From a virus: DNA of 64,000 nucleotides. The position numbers were made by a program, and so were the translations under genes. The DNA lies in the IMG/VR virus record IMGVR_UViG_3300035670_000019, positions 1 to 64,000 of that record. The stretch is one strand, 5' to 3'. The notes under the pieces are model-generated. The model did not search any database, was not told where the DNA came from, and saw only the letters and a list, made by a program, of their open reading frames with translations. Below, piece by piece: positions 1-9,721 of this stretch (its first letter is position 1; each line of letters begins with the position of its first letter).

Positions 1-827
1 CTCCTTTAATAGTATATGGAAACGCTGCTAATTCAGCTACTATTACTTTTTTAAAAGGAAAAAACACTACTTATGGTTCTGATGATGATGAAACTAACCC
101 ATCTCCTTGGCCTTCAGCTTCATTAGTGTATGCTTCTATAAAGCAGTTATATTATAGTAATACTTTTCCTAATGATTCTCAACCTGCTATTGAAATTGAT
201 AATCAAGGAAATGTAGTTGAAGGTAGTCAAACAGCTAATGTTAATAGTAGATATGATAACTATTTACAAAGTGGTTTATATCCTATTAAAAATTTTCCAA
301 CTGGAGCAAACGATACTATATCTGTAGGAATTATACCTCAATCATTATTCGGAGACTGTATAAAACCAGGAAGTATAGGACTTTCAGGGTATGTTGATGA
401 TAGTCAAGGTAATTTATTTAATAGTAATGCTGAATATGTTGGTAATGTAATTTATACTCATGGTATAATCATCATTACAGAACCTGGTGGTCCAACAGGA
501 AACCAAAATGTAGGTTTTCGCTCTACTAGAACTGTTTATGAAACTCAATATAAATGTACTATTAGACCAGATGAATTTAATTATTCATTAAACCCAACTT
601 TATTAGCAGGTGATGAACTTACCAACCCTGTAAACTCAAATGGAGCACCCGTTAACACTAGTGGTGATGTTGAAAGTTTTATGACAGGTTCTGCTTTTGC
701 CCCTTATATAACCACAGTAGGTCTTTATAACACAAATAATGAGTTATTAGCTGTAGGTAAATTAGCTCAACCTATACCCACAAGTAGAACAGTTGATATG
801 AATATAGTTATTAATATGGATAAGTAA
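1..827 (+). CDS. Virion structural protein (baseplate/tail-associated), 5'-truncated by the window edge
   Basis: The frame is open from position 3 through the 126..827 ORF. Its C-terminal YITTVGLYNxNNELLAVGKLxxP domain is shared with the next ORF. Confidence 0.6.
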   Translation, partial: PLIVYGNAANSATITFLKGKNTTYGSDDDETNPSPWPSASLVYASIKQLYYSNTFPNDSQPAIEIDNQGNVVEGSQTANVNSRYDNYLQSGLYPIKNFPTGANDTISVGIIPQSLFGDCIKPGSIGLSGYVDDSQGNLFNSNAEYVGNVIYTHGIIIITEPGGPTGNQNVGFRSTRTVYETQYKCTIRPDEFNYSLNPTLLAGDELTNPVNSNGAPVNTSGDVESFMTGSAFAPYITTVGLYNTNNELLAVGKLAQPIPTSRTVDMNIVINMDK

Positions 828-828
828 T

Positions 829-1644
829 ATGCCGCTAACAAGAATAGACCCTACAGATTTTGTTTTTAGTAATGATGATCTCTCTATATCATGCTGGAGA
901 GATGAGAATGGTGATTCTGTAATATCACCTTCATTTGATTTTTCTACTTTTAATAATGTTACTAATTATTACATCGGCACTCCAGGAAATATACAATTTG
1001 GTTTATCTACAGCCCAAAAAAATGCTGCTGATGGTACTACAGTTAGACAAATATATGGAGCTATTCGTAATATAGTAGTTGGAGATGCTAATGCTAATAT
1101 TGAGTGGAATAACAGTGTGCCAAATTTATTTAATGTTATATCTCTTTCAAAAAATATTCCTCTCCCTCTTTCTCCAGGTAGTTTACGTTTAGGAAACCTC
1201 ACAGATGATAGTAATATAAGACCTCCTAGAATATTAAACTGTGGAAGAGCTTATAATATAGCTGGAATAACATCTGGTCCCTTTAGATTTGGTTATGGAG
1301 ATGGTACTCCTGTAGGACTTTTCCTTCCAGATGCTGGATTAATTCTTACCACTAACGCGTTAGCATCTCCTTTTAATTTAAGTACTTTAAATCCAACCCC
1401 AACTAACCATGTTTTTATAAGAGCCCGAAATGCTCAATATAACTACTCCATGAACCCAAGTTTTATTTCAGGTAGTTCAGGTTTAATAATAAATCAAGAT
1501 TGGTATGATAATCCCCAAACATATATTACAACTGTTGGTTTATACAATGATAATAATGAGTTAATGGCGACAGCTAAACTCCCTAGACCGTACAATAAAA
1601 ATTTTCAAAATGAACTATTAATACAAGTAGGTTTAAACTTTTAA
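829..1644 (+). CDS. Virion structural protein, paralog of the upstream gene
   Basis: C-terminal YNYSMNPSF...YITTVGLYNDNNELMATAKLPRP matches the upstream ORF's FNYSLNPTL...YITTVGLYNTNNELLAVGKLAQP. Confidence 0.6.
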   Translation: MPLTRIDPTDFVFSNDDLSISCWRDENGDSVISPSFDFSTFNNVTNYYIGTPGNIQFGLSTAQKNAADGTTVRQIYGAIRNIVVGDANANIEWNNSVPNLFNVISLSKNIPLPLSPGSLRLGNLTDDSNIRPPRILNCGRAYNIAGITSGPFRFGYGDGTPVGLFLPDAGLILTTNALASPFNLSTLNPTPTNHVFIRARNAQYNYSMNPSFISGSSGLIINQDWYDNPQTYITTVGLYNDNNELMATAKLPRPYNKNFQNELLIQVGLNF

Positions 1645-1647
1645 AAT

Positions 1648-2121
1648 ATGAAAAAATCTGAGCTAAAACAACTTATAAAAGAAGAAATTATTAAAGTATT
1701 AAACGAACGTGGGGTTATAGATGAAGGTTGGAAAGAAAACATTTTAGTAGGATTAGCTTCTTTAGCTGGCTCTTTAGGTTTAGGTTTAAAAGCCCAAGAT
1801 ACAGTCCAAAATATGCCTTCTAAAGAAAAAACAGAAACTTCATACTCAGCTGAAGAATCATATCAAGTTCTTATAGGATATTTAATAGAATTAGACCAAG
1901 CAGGAGCATCAACTAAAACCCCAGAAGAATTAGGTGCTATGAAAGAAGCTAGAATGTATCTTGAAGCACTTCGAGATAATCAAACTCCTAAATCTTTATC
2001 TAATCCCGCTAAAGTAGTTTTAAATTATGCTATAAAAGAGACTAAAAATTTAAGTGGTTTTGAATTAAAAAGATTATCTGATTTAGGTGAAAACATTAAA
2101 ACAATAAGTTACAATGAATAA
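1648..2121 (+). CDS. Putative internal head (cargo) protein with N-terminal tag and masked hydrophobic/signal segment
   Basis: MKKSELKQLIKEEIIKVLNE tag, then IDE|GWKENILVGLASLAGSLGLGLKA-QD. Confidence 0.55.
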   Translation: MKKSELKQLIKEEIIKVLNERGVIDEGWKENILVGLASLAGSLGLGLKAQDTVQNMPSKEKTETSYSAEESYQVLIGYLIELDQAGASTKTPEELGAMKEARMYLEALRDNQTPKSLSNPAKVVLNYAIKETKNLSGFELKRLSDLGENIKTISYNE

Positions 2122-2569
2122 CTGGTTTTGGTATGAGAATGCTCAAATTAAAGAATTTAAATCTATAGAAGATTTCCCACAGGATAGCTTTGGATTTATT
2201 TATAGGATCACAAATAGAGTGACAGGTAAATTCTATATTGGTAAAAAAAGTCTTTACCATAACATAAAGAAAAAACTCACCAAAAAAGAACTAGCTGAAC
2301 AATCTGGTCCTGGTAGAAAAGCAACTACTAAAAAAGTACATAAAGAATCTGATTGGCTAACATATTGGGGCTCTAATAAAGAAATATTAGAAGAAATAAA
2401 ATTAAATGGTAACCTAGCATTCCAAAGAGACATTATCAAAATAGTTAATACTAAAAAAGAATTAACATACTGGGAAGTCTATTACCAATGCCAGTATAAT
2501 GTTTTACGTGCAAATAGTTATAATGATAACATATTAGGAAAGTTTTTTAAAAAAGACTTTGTTTCTTAA
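2114..2569 (+). CDS. GIY-YIG-family nuclease-like protein
   Basis: GFIYRITNRVTGKFYIGKK...ESDWLTYWGS...E...YN motif set. Confidence 0.75.
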   Translation: MNNWFWYENAQIKEFKSIEDFPQDSFGFIYRITNRVTGKFYIGKKSLYHNIKKKLTKKELAEQSGPGRKATTKKVHKESDWLTYWGSNKEILEEIKLNGNLAFQRDIIKIVNTKKELTYWEVYYQCQYNVLRANSYNDNILGKFFKKDFVS

Positions 2570-2587
2570 ATAGTTTTCATACATTAT
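2558..2587 (+). promoter_or_regulatory. Possible Bacteroidota sigmaA-type promoter
   Basis: TTTG-N18-TACATTAT just upstream of the primase-like gene; a weaker match than the other five copies. Confidence 0.4.
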
Positions 2588-2593
2588 ACAAGT

Positions 2594-3526
2594 ATGGTAA
2601 ACCAGTTATTAGTAACCCTAGTGGACTCTGTTTTAGGTAAAGGTAAAAATACCTCTAAAAACAATCGGGCATACACTTGCCCGTTCTGTAAACATCATAA
2701 GCCTAAACTCGAAGTAAACATGGATACTAATGCTAAAGGTGACAACCCATGGCATTGTTGGGTATGTAATACTAAAGGTAGAAAATTATCACGTTTATTT
2801 AAACATTTAGAAACTACACCTGATAAGCTTCAAGCATTATATTCTTTAGTAGGTACCTCCAAATCAGAACATACCGAAGTTAATTTAGAGCAGGTTAAAC
2901 TACCTGAAGAATTTATTCCGCTAATTGATGTGACTTCAAATAATATTGTTGGTAGACGCGCTTTAGCTTACTTAAAACGCCGTGGTATTACCAAATATGA
3001 TATCCTAAAATACAACATTGGTTATTGTGAGCATGGACCTTATTCTAATATGATTGTTATACCTTCATATGATGAAAAAGGTAATTTAAATTATTTTACC
3101 TCTAGAGGATTTGAAGAATTTTCTAGATCCAAATATAAGAATCCAAATGTATCAAGAAATATTGTTCCATTTGAATTTTTTATAAACTGGAATGTACCTA
3201 TCATTTTATGTGAAGGCCCATTTGATATGATGGCTATTAAACGCAATGTAATACCATTACTAGGCAAAAACATCCAGGATAAATTAAAGAAAAAACTCGT
3301 TACTTCACAAGTACAAAAAATATATATAGCATTAGATAAAGATGCTATTAAACAAGCTCTTTCATTTTGTGAGGATTTATTAAATGAAGGAAAAGAGGTT
3401 TATTTGGTAGAGTTAAAAGATAAAGACCCAAGTGAAATGGGTTTTGAAAACTTTACTAAGTTAATCCAAACAACCCAACCATTAACATTCTCAAACTTAT
3501 TTGAGAAAAAACTAGAACTAGTATGA
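2594..3526 (+). CDS. DNA primase-like protein (Zn finger + Toprim)
   Basis: CPFC...HCWVC zinc-binding domain; YLKRRGI; Toprim motifs CEGPFD and IALDKDA; KDPSE. Confidence 0.85.
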   Translation: MVNQLLVTLVDSVLGKGKNTSKNNRAYTCPFCKHHKPKLEVNMDTNAKGDNPWHCWVCNTKGRKLSRLFKHLETTPDKLQALYSLVGTSKSEHTEVNLEQVKLPEEFIPLIDVTSNNIVGRRALAYLKRRGITKYDILKYNIGYCEHGPYSNMIVIPSYDEKGNLNYFTSRGFEEFSRSKYKNPNVSRNIVPFEFFINWNVPIILCEGPFDMMAIKRNVIPLLGKNIQDKLKKKLVTSQVQKIYIALDKDAIKQALSFCEDLLNEGKEVYLVELKDKDPSEMGFENFTKLIQTTQPLTFSNLFEKKLELV

Positions 3527-4332
3527 TAGAAAAAAATGTAAATGTCTATAAAAAACAAGTAACTCGTATACTTAATATAGACCCAACTTCAAAAAGAGTA
3601 AATGTATTTGATAACAGATTTTATAGTAGAAATCAAGATTATTACCCTTCTGTTACTAGTATATTACAATTTATGCCTAAAGGTAAATTTTTTGAAACTT
3701 GGCTTAAAGATGTAGGACATAACGCTGATATTATAGCTAGAAAAGCGGCGGATGAAGGTACACAAGTACATGATGCTATTGAAAAATATCTTAAAGGAGA
3801 AAAAATTCAATGGGTAAATGAAGAAGGATACTCTAATTACTCAATGGATGTATGGAAATTAATTCTTAAATTCCATGATTTTTGGACTACATATAAACCT
3901 ATCCTAATCGAAAGCGAAATTCATTTATTCTCAGATCAATATAAATATGCAGGAACATGTGATTTAGTTGTTGAAATTGATGGAGTAAGATGGTTATTAG
4001 ATATTAAAACTTCAAATTCAATTCATACATCTATGGATTTACAATTAGCAGCTTATGCTCAAGCATGGAATGAAACATTTGAAGAAAAAATAGAAAAAAC
4101 AGGTATCATCTGGTTAAAATCTTCTAAACGTGGTGAAGGAAAAGGGGATAAAATTCAAGGTAAAGGATGGGAAATATATGAACCAACACGCACATTTGAA
4201 GAAAATTTAAAATTATTTAATTCTATACATGAATTATTTAAACTTGAATATCCTAACCCAAAACCATCTTCTGAACAATTCCCTATTGAGATTCAACTAG
4301 ACCCTAATATTTATGAGAAAACTCAAGAATGA
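3523..4332 (+). CDS. PD-(D/E)xK (Cas4-like) exonuclease
   Basis: YPSVTSIL, GTQVHDAIE, YAGTCDLV, LLDIKTS, QLAAYA motifs. Confidence 0.85.
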   Translation: MIEKNVNVYKKQVTRILNIDPTSKRVNVFDNRFYSRNQDYYPSVTSILQFMPKGKFFETWLKDVGHNADIIARKAADEGTQVHDAIEKYLKGEKIQWVNEEGYSNYSMDVWKLILKFHDFWTTYKPILIESEIHLFSDQYKYAGTCDLVVEIDGVRWLLDIKTSNSIHTSMDLQLAAYAQAWNETFEEKIEKTGIIWLKSSKRGEGKGDKIQGKGWEIYEPTRTFEENLKLFNSIHELFKLEYPNPKPSSEQFPIEIQLDPNIYEKTQE

Positions 4333-5243
4333 TTTCTTTAATAAAGCTATTACATGAAGTTCTTATCGATGAAGGTGGAAATGTGTTTAAAGGTACAGAA
4401 TTTGATGCTCAAGATATAGTATTAGATAATATTAAACCTACAGTTGAAAAATTTGTTAGTGATTTAAGTAAAATTTTTCCTAATAAAAAAGCAACATTTA
4501 CTCCATTAACTGATAAAAGTAATTGGTTAGGCTCAACCGGTAGTAAACCTAAATCTGGAGACGTTGACTTAGCCTACTCATCAGAACATCTATTTAAAGA
4601 TGGAAAAGCTGATACTAATGGATGGGGTATTAATCAAAATGAATATGATGCTTTGTATGAAAAAACAAAGAAATCATCTCGTACAGCTACTGATGAAGCA
4701 GTTCAAACTAATGCTTTAATACGCTTAATTGTTAGTAAAATTAACAATGCTGGTAGTGATATATATGCTAGTGATAAAGCAGCAAATGGAGGCACTATCC
4801 ATTTCTCATACCCACAGTACACTCCAACAGGAGAGAAATTAGATTCAAGAGCCCAACTTGATATAGACACAGGAGATATGGATTGGTTAAAATTCAGATA
4901 CAATTCTGAATTACCTGAAGATAATCCTGAAATTAAAGGTTTACATAGAGGACAATTAATGTTAGCTATGTTTGCTGCTACAGGTTATACTTTTAAAAGT
5001 GGTAGAGGATTTATACGTAAAGAAACAGGTGATGTTATTGCTGATAAACCCCAAGGTGCTTTAGAAGTATTCAATCAAGAATATCAACCAACACAACCAC
5101 TAACTTTAGAGATAATTAATAATTATGATAAATTAATGAGTTATATTAAGACTAACCTTAAACCTGAAGATCAAACTAAAACATTAGAAATGTTTAAGGA
5201 AGCGTTACGAAGAGCAAATGCGTATGTCCCTGATAATATTTAA
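4329..5243 (+). CDS. Pol-beta-superfamily nucleotidyltransferase with N-terminal cargo tag
   Basis: LGSTGSKPKSGDVDLA (GS...DxD) plus distal AQLDID; N-terminus MISLIKLLHEVLIDE|GGNVF; late promoter at 4307. Confidence 0.7.
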   Translation: MISLIKLLHEVLIDEGGNVFKGTEFDAQDIVLDNIKPTVEKFVSDLSKIFPNKKATFTPLTDKSNWLGSTGSKPKSGDVDLAYSSEHLFKDGKADTNGWGINQNEYDALYEKTKKSSRTATDEAVQTNALIRLIVSKINNAGSDIYASDKAANGGTIHFSYPQYTPTGEKLDSRAQLDIDTGDMDWLKFRYNSELPEDNPEIKGLHRGQLMLAMFAATGYTFKSGRGFIRKETGDVIADKPQGALEVFNQEYQPTQPLTLEIINNYDKLMSYIKTNLKPEDQTKTLEMFKEALRRANAYVPDNI

Positions 5244-5248
5244 ATAAC

Positions 5249-7669
5249 ATGAGTGGAGCAGCAGGTGGTATCACCATTAATAAAGAAAATTTAAAAGCAA
5301 CAATTCGAGATTACAGAGATAATGTTTTAAAACCATTAGGTCTTGATAAATCTTATAATGTTACTGGGGTTCGTTCTAGACCTGAAAAAAATACCTTTGG
5401 AGACATTGACATAATTATATCCTTCCCAGGAGGTGATAAAAAAGAACTTAAACAGCAATTAGCCCAATTCCTAGAACAAGTAGAAAAAATCCCAGAAATC
5501 CCTCATAAGAAAAATAAAAAATATTTCATACATGGTTCTATAGTCTCTATTTTATACCCAATATCTGGAAGAGAAAATGAGTATGTTCAAATAGATAATG
5601 TTGTTACGTCTTCTGAAGATGAAGGTAAATTTACTTACAGAATGTTAGATTTACCTGCTCAAGAACAAGGTTTAGCTTTAGGTTTAGCTAAAACTATATT
5701 TACAGAATTAGATGAAAAACAAATAGAACAATTATTTAGAAACCTAAACATCCCTCAAGATATTGAAAAACCAGGTGAAGGAGAAGAATATGATTTTAAC
5801 CTGAACACTTCAGAATTATCTTTAAGGATTGTTCCTATAGGTAAAAATGACGGAAGAGAAATATGGAAATCTAATAAATTTTCTGATATTAAAACCTTAC
5901 TTGCTTCTTTAGGTATTGATATTGAAAAAGATAAATTTGAAGCTATAGTTGAAAAAATTAAAAAATTCAAAAGTAGAAGATCAATAGATAGACTTAAAGG
6001 AATGTTTGCTAGAAATATTCGAGTTGGTGATACTGAAATTACAAGAGAAAAAGGTATTAAAAAACAACAATCACTAGATGCTGTAGCCGCTTTAGAAGGT
6101 AAATATAGTCCTTTAGTAATGAGTTTAATTAAACCATTTATAGAGGGAGAAACTATTATTGTAGAAGATGAAAATCAATCTAAAAAAGTAATAGCAGTAT
6201 TCCCAGGCAAATTTAAACCACCTCATAAAGATCATATAGCTCGAATTAAAGCCGCAGCTAATGATGCTGATGAAGTACTTGTCTTAGTGTCTCCAAAAAC
6301 AGAACCAAGTGGTACTGATAAGAAAAGTAGAGAAAAACTTGAAACCCAAATTCCTATATCAGCAGATCAAAGTTTAAGTATTTTTAAATCACTTAATCTT
6401 CCAAAAAATGTTAAAGTATTATTATCAAATGACTCATCTTTACCTGTACCTTCACCAAGTCCTGTAGCTGCAGCTTATGAATTATTTAAAAACAATCCTG
6501 AACAACAATATATAGGGGTATTTGGAAAAGAAGAAGATTTTGCTAGATTTGGATCCACTCCTTCAAATGTAATTATTAAAAATTATGATGGGTCAGCTGG
6601 AAATTTAAGTGCTACTGACTTAAGAGCAGCTTTGAAAAATAACCAGGATATAATTTCTTTCCTACCAGACGGGATTACTTCAGATGAATATAGACAAGTA
6701 TTAGGCTTAGATAATATTGATGAAGGTGATGAAATAACATCATTTTTAGATGAATATATAAATAATAAAGATTTAGAAGATATTGATCAAATAGCTGATG
6801 AAGAATTAGATACAGATGTTGTTTTTAATAAAGGAACAGACAATCACTTTGTTAAAAGAGCTAATGAACGTGGAGTTAGTAAACAAGATTTAATAGATTT
6901 TTTTCAAGAATTAGGAGCAGCAAAAGATGAATTCAAAGATGAATTTGAAGATCTAATTAACAACTATGAACCTGGGGAACCAAAACCTGCTATAGTTGCT
7001 AAAGATGAATATACTGGATTTAGTATACCATTTGTATCTGATAATATACGTAAAATATTAGCTACAACTATACTTTCTCCTGGGATGAAACCTAAAGAGA
7101 AAAAAACATTTAGTTTTTCTGAATCAGAAAATTTTGAACCATTACCAGATATAGACTTAAACACCTCTTCAGAATCATCTAGGGTTGATTATTATAAAGA
7201 TCATATTCAAAATGTAGTACCATCTGATTTTAAAGTTGATAAACATAAAGATAAGATTGTAGTATCTAATATCACTAAAAAAGGATTAGAACATAATAAA
7301 GAATTTAAAGACAAATTAATATCTTTAACAATGTTTATGATGGATAATGGTTTAAATATTGAGCCATTACCTGATATTAATTTTATTGAAGATGATAAAG
7401 AAAATGCTGTTGATATATTAGGACGTACAGCTCATTATGACCCAAACCAAAAATGTATTACTTTATACACTTATGGTCGTCATCCAAAAGATGTATTACG
7501 TTCATATGCTCATGAGATGATTCATCATCTACAAAACCTTGAAGGTAGAATCCAAGGTATTAAAGGTCAAAATGTTAATGAAGATGATTATTTAAAAGAA
7601 TTAGAAATTGAAGCTTACAGAGATGGAAATATTTATCTCCGTAGATGGGAAAATTCAACTAAAAAATAA
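5249..7669 (+). CDS. Multidomain polyvalent protein: nucleotidyltransferase + HxxH cytidylyltransferase-like + possible RNase-like + HExxH metallopeptidase
   Basis: TGVRSRPEKNTFGDIDII/VQID; FPGKFKPPHKDH...LSATDLRAAL; NHFVKRANERG; LRSYAHEMIHHLQ...EIEAY. Confidence 0.7.
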   Translation: MSGAAGGITINKENLKATIRDYRDNVLKPLGLDKSYNVTGVRSRPEKNTFGDIDIIISFPGGDKKELKQQLAQFLEQVEKIPEIPHKKNKKYFIHGSIVSILYPISGRENEYVQIDNVVTSSEDEGKFTYRMLDLPAQEQGLALGLAKTIFTELDEKQIEQLFRNLNIPQDIEKPGEGEEYDFNLNTSELSLRIVPIGKNDGREIWKSNKFSDIKTLLASLGIDIEKDKFEAIVEKIKKFKSRRSIDRLKGMFARNIRVGDTEITREKGIKKQQSLDAVAALEGKYSPLVMSLIKPFIEGETIIVEDENQSKKVIAVFPGKFKPPHKDHIARIKAAANDADEVLVLVSPKTEPSGTDKKSREKLETQIPISADQSLSIFKSLNLPKNVKVLLSNDSSLPVPSPSPVAAAYELFKNNPEQQYIGVFGKEEDFARFGSTPSNVIIKNYDGSAGNLSATDLRAALKNNQDIISFLPDGITSDEYRQVLGLDNIDEGDEITSFLDEYINNKDLEDIDQIADEELDTDVVFNKGTDNHFVKRANERGVSKQDLIDFFQELGAAKDEFKDEFEDLINNYEPGEPKPAIVAKDEYTGFSIPFVSDNIRKILATTILSPGMKPKEKKTFSFSESENFEPLPDIDLNTSSESSRVDYYKDHIQNVVPSDFKVDKHKDKIVVSNITKKGLEHNKEFKDKLISLTMFMMDNGLNIEPLPDINFIEDDKENAVDILGRTAHYDPNQKCITLYTYGRHPKDVLRSYAHEMIHHLQNLEGRIQGIKGQNVNEDDYLKELEIEAYRDGNIYLRRWENSTKK

Positions 7670-7672
7670 AGT

Positions 7673-8242
7673 ATGTCAGATAATGTTTTAAAAAAAGAGT
7701 TCCAACAAAGGGACGTGCAACGACTTCGTAACCTAATGCAAGGTAAATACGGAGAAAAAACGTCTGTCGGAACAGGTTATACTAAACAACAAGAGTTTCA
7801 TGAGGAAGGAGATGTCTGGGAAGCTGATGGTCGTACTTGGACTATCAAAAATGGAATTAAACAAAATATTACTAAACTAGATAAAGCAAAAGAATCAATT
7901 CATTTGCCACTTTTCTGTCCTTGTTGTAATAACATCATGAAAAAGCAAAATGATAAGTTGTTTTATCTTCAATATAAAAGATGTTTTGATTGTCAAGTTG
8001 ATTTTGAAACAGAATTACGAATTAAAGGTTTATGGAGCGATTATGAGAAACACATCATCAATTCAGACATAGATGGAATCATAAATGATTTTAATATTTG
8101 GATTGATGAAGAAATAAGTGAATCCAATACTTCATATGTCACTGAAGCAGGAGATGTAGAGCGTTGGGTTGGTTCTTCAAAGCAAAAGTTGCTAGAAAAT
8201 AAAGAAGAAACAATTAAATACCTACAAAGCTTAAAAAAATGA
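7673..8242 (+). CDS. Hypothetical phage protein with Zn ribbon
   Basis: CPCC...CFDC; late promoter at 7629. Confidence 0.55.
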   Translation: MSDNVLKKEFQQRDVQRLRNLMQGKYGEKTSVGTGYTKQQEFHEEGDVWEADGRTWTIKNGIKQNITKLDKAKESIHLPLFCPCCNNIMKKQNDKLFYLQYKRCFDCQVDFETELRIKGLWSDYEKHIINSDIDGIINDFNIWIDEEISESNTSYVTEAGDVERWVGSSKQKLLENKEETIKYLQSLKK

Positions 8243-8862
8243 GTGAGATTCAAATTATTGTTCCGATCATTATTGCGTTGACAACTTCAATTTTTGGTCC
8301 GTTACTAGTAAAATGGGTTGAAAAAAGATTTATTAGCAAAATTAACAATGATCCTTTAAAAGATGCTATACAGCATAATGAAATTATTGAGCAACAACTT
8401 GACGCTATTCTGCAAGAAATAGACTGTGATCAAGCATATATAGCTCAATTCCATAATGGAGGCCATTTTTACCCCACAGGTAAATCCATCCAGAAATTTT
8501 CAGTGTTTTATGAGATCACTACTCCAGATACTAATTCATTAAAGACACTATTCCAAAACATTCCTGTATCATTATTCAGTAAACAATTTTCTGTCTTATA
8601 TGAAAAAGGAGAAATTGCTATTGAAGATATGAATAATGGACCAACATATGGTCTTGATTTATATCAAGCAGATGGCCCAGGATGTAAATCTATTTATTTA
8701 CTAGCTATCAAAGGCTTAGACAATAGAATAATTGGTATTATGGGTCTACACTATGTCCATAAAAAACATAAACTAACTCAGAATGAATGGATATTTATAC
8801 GTCAGAAAGTAGGTGCTATAGGTAACCTAATGAGTAATTATTTAAATAGTAAAAAACACTAA
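8239..8862 (+). CDS. Membrane-anchored GAF-like protein, possible T4 T-type holin
   Basis: Single N-terminal hydrophobic helix (IIVPIIIALTTSIFGPLLV), coiled segment, then GAF-like pattern (DQAYIAQFHNG...IIGIMGLHY). Confidence 0.45.
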   Translation: MSEIQIIVPIIIALTTSIFGPLLVKWVEKRFISKINNDPLKDAIQHNEIIEQQLDAILQEIDCDQAYIAQFHNGGHFYPTGKSIQKFSVFYEITTPDTNSLKTLFQNIPVSLFSKQFSVLYEKGEIAIEDMNNGPTYGLDLYQADGPGCKSIYLLAIKGLDNRIIGIMGLHYVHKKHKLTQNEWIFIRQKVGAIGNLMSNYLNSKKH

Positions 8863-8864
8863 TA

Positions 8865-9227
8865 ATGGAGTTTTCTAAATTTATTTCATATCTGTTCCAT
8901 TCAAGAACACAAACCCACATTTTCCATCTACAAACTCCTTCATATGCTGAACATAAAGCATTACAAAAATATTATGAAGGTATTATTGATCTAATTGATG
9001 GTTTAGTAGAGTCATATCAAGGTAAAAATGGTATTATAACTGATTATACTAATTTTAATCTAAAACAATACCAGAGTAAAGAACAAGTTGTAGCATATCT
9101 TGAAACATTATGTGAAGCTGCTTACCAAGCATATGAAGTAACAGAAGACAGTTATCTACAAAACCAAATTGATACTGTGACTGAATTAATCAAATCAACT
9201 ATATATAAACTTTCATATTTAAAATAA
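8865..9227 (+). CDS. Ferritin/Dps-like protein (DUF5856-type)
   Basis: HIFHLQTPSYAEHKALQKYYEGIIDLIDGLVESYQG and LQNQID...YKL ferroxidase-like pattern. Confidence 0.75.
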   Translation: MEFSKFISYLFHSRTQTHIFHLQTPSYAEHKALQKYYEGIIDLIDGLVESYQGKNGIITDYTNFNLKQYQSKEQVVAYLETLCEAAYQAYEVTEDSYLQNQIDTVTELIKSTIYKLSYLK

Positions 9228-9700
9228 TGGCTTACAAATATAAATTAGTTAAAGAAAATCTCCCTGGAGCGGAAGATATAGAATCATTTATAGACACATA
9301 TACATTAGATGCTATACCTGAATTAGGTTTCCCAAATGGTCTTTCCCTTAGGGATTTAGTAGATGATTATGTTAGAATGTATCCTGTAGGTTCACAAATG
9401 AGTGAAGATGCTGAAATGATTATTCAATTATCTTTAGAATTTAATGGTTTTGATGATAATGATATAGATGAATATATGGATAATCTTGATAGATTAAGAA
9501 CCGCTAATTTAAATGAAGGTGAAGACCCCATACAAAAATATCTTACAGCTCTTCTAAAGAGACTTAAAAGTGAACAATCACCTGAAGAAAAAGCCCAAGA
9601 TGCTGAAAATGCTCGTTTAGGTAATACTTTTATGACTCCTGAAGAACAAGGTAAAAAAAATTTAGCTTTAGAAGTTATATCTAGACTTAAAAATCGCTAA
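9227..9700 (+). CDS. Hypothetical acidic protein, possible head cargo
   Basis: Translationally coupled ORF with LVKE| and LNE| sites. Confidence 0.45.
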   Translation: MAYKYKLVKENLPGAEDIESFIDTYTLDAIPELGFPNGLSLRDLVDDYVRMYPVGSQMSEDAEMIIQLSLEFNGFDDNDIDEYMDNLDRLRTANLNEGEDPIQKYLTALLKRLKSEQSPEEKAQDAENARLGNTFMTPEEQGKKNLALEVISRLKNR

Positions 9701-9721
9701 TATTTATAATAAATTTACTAA

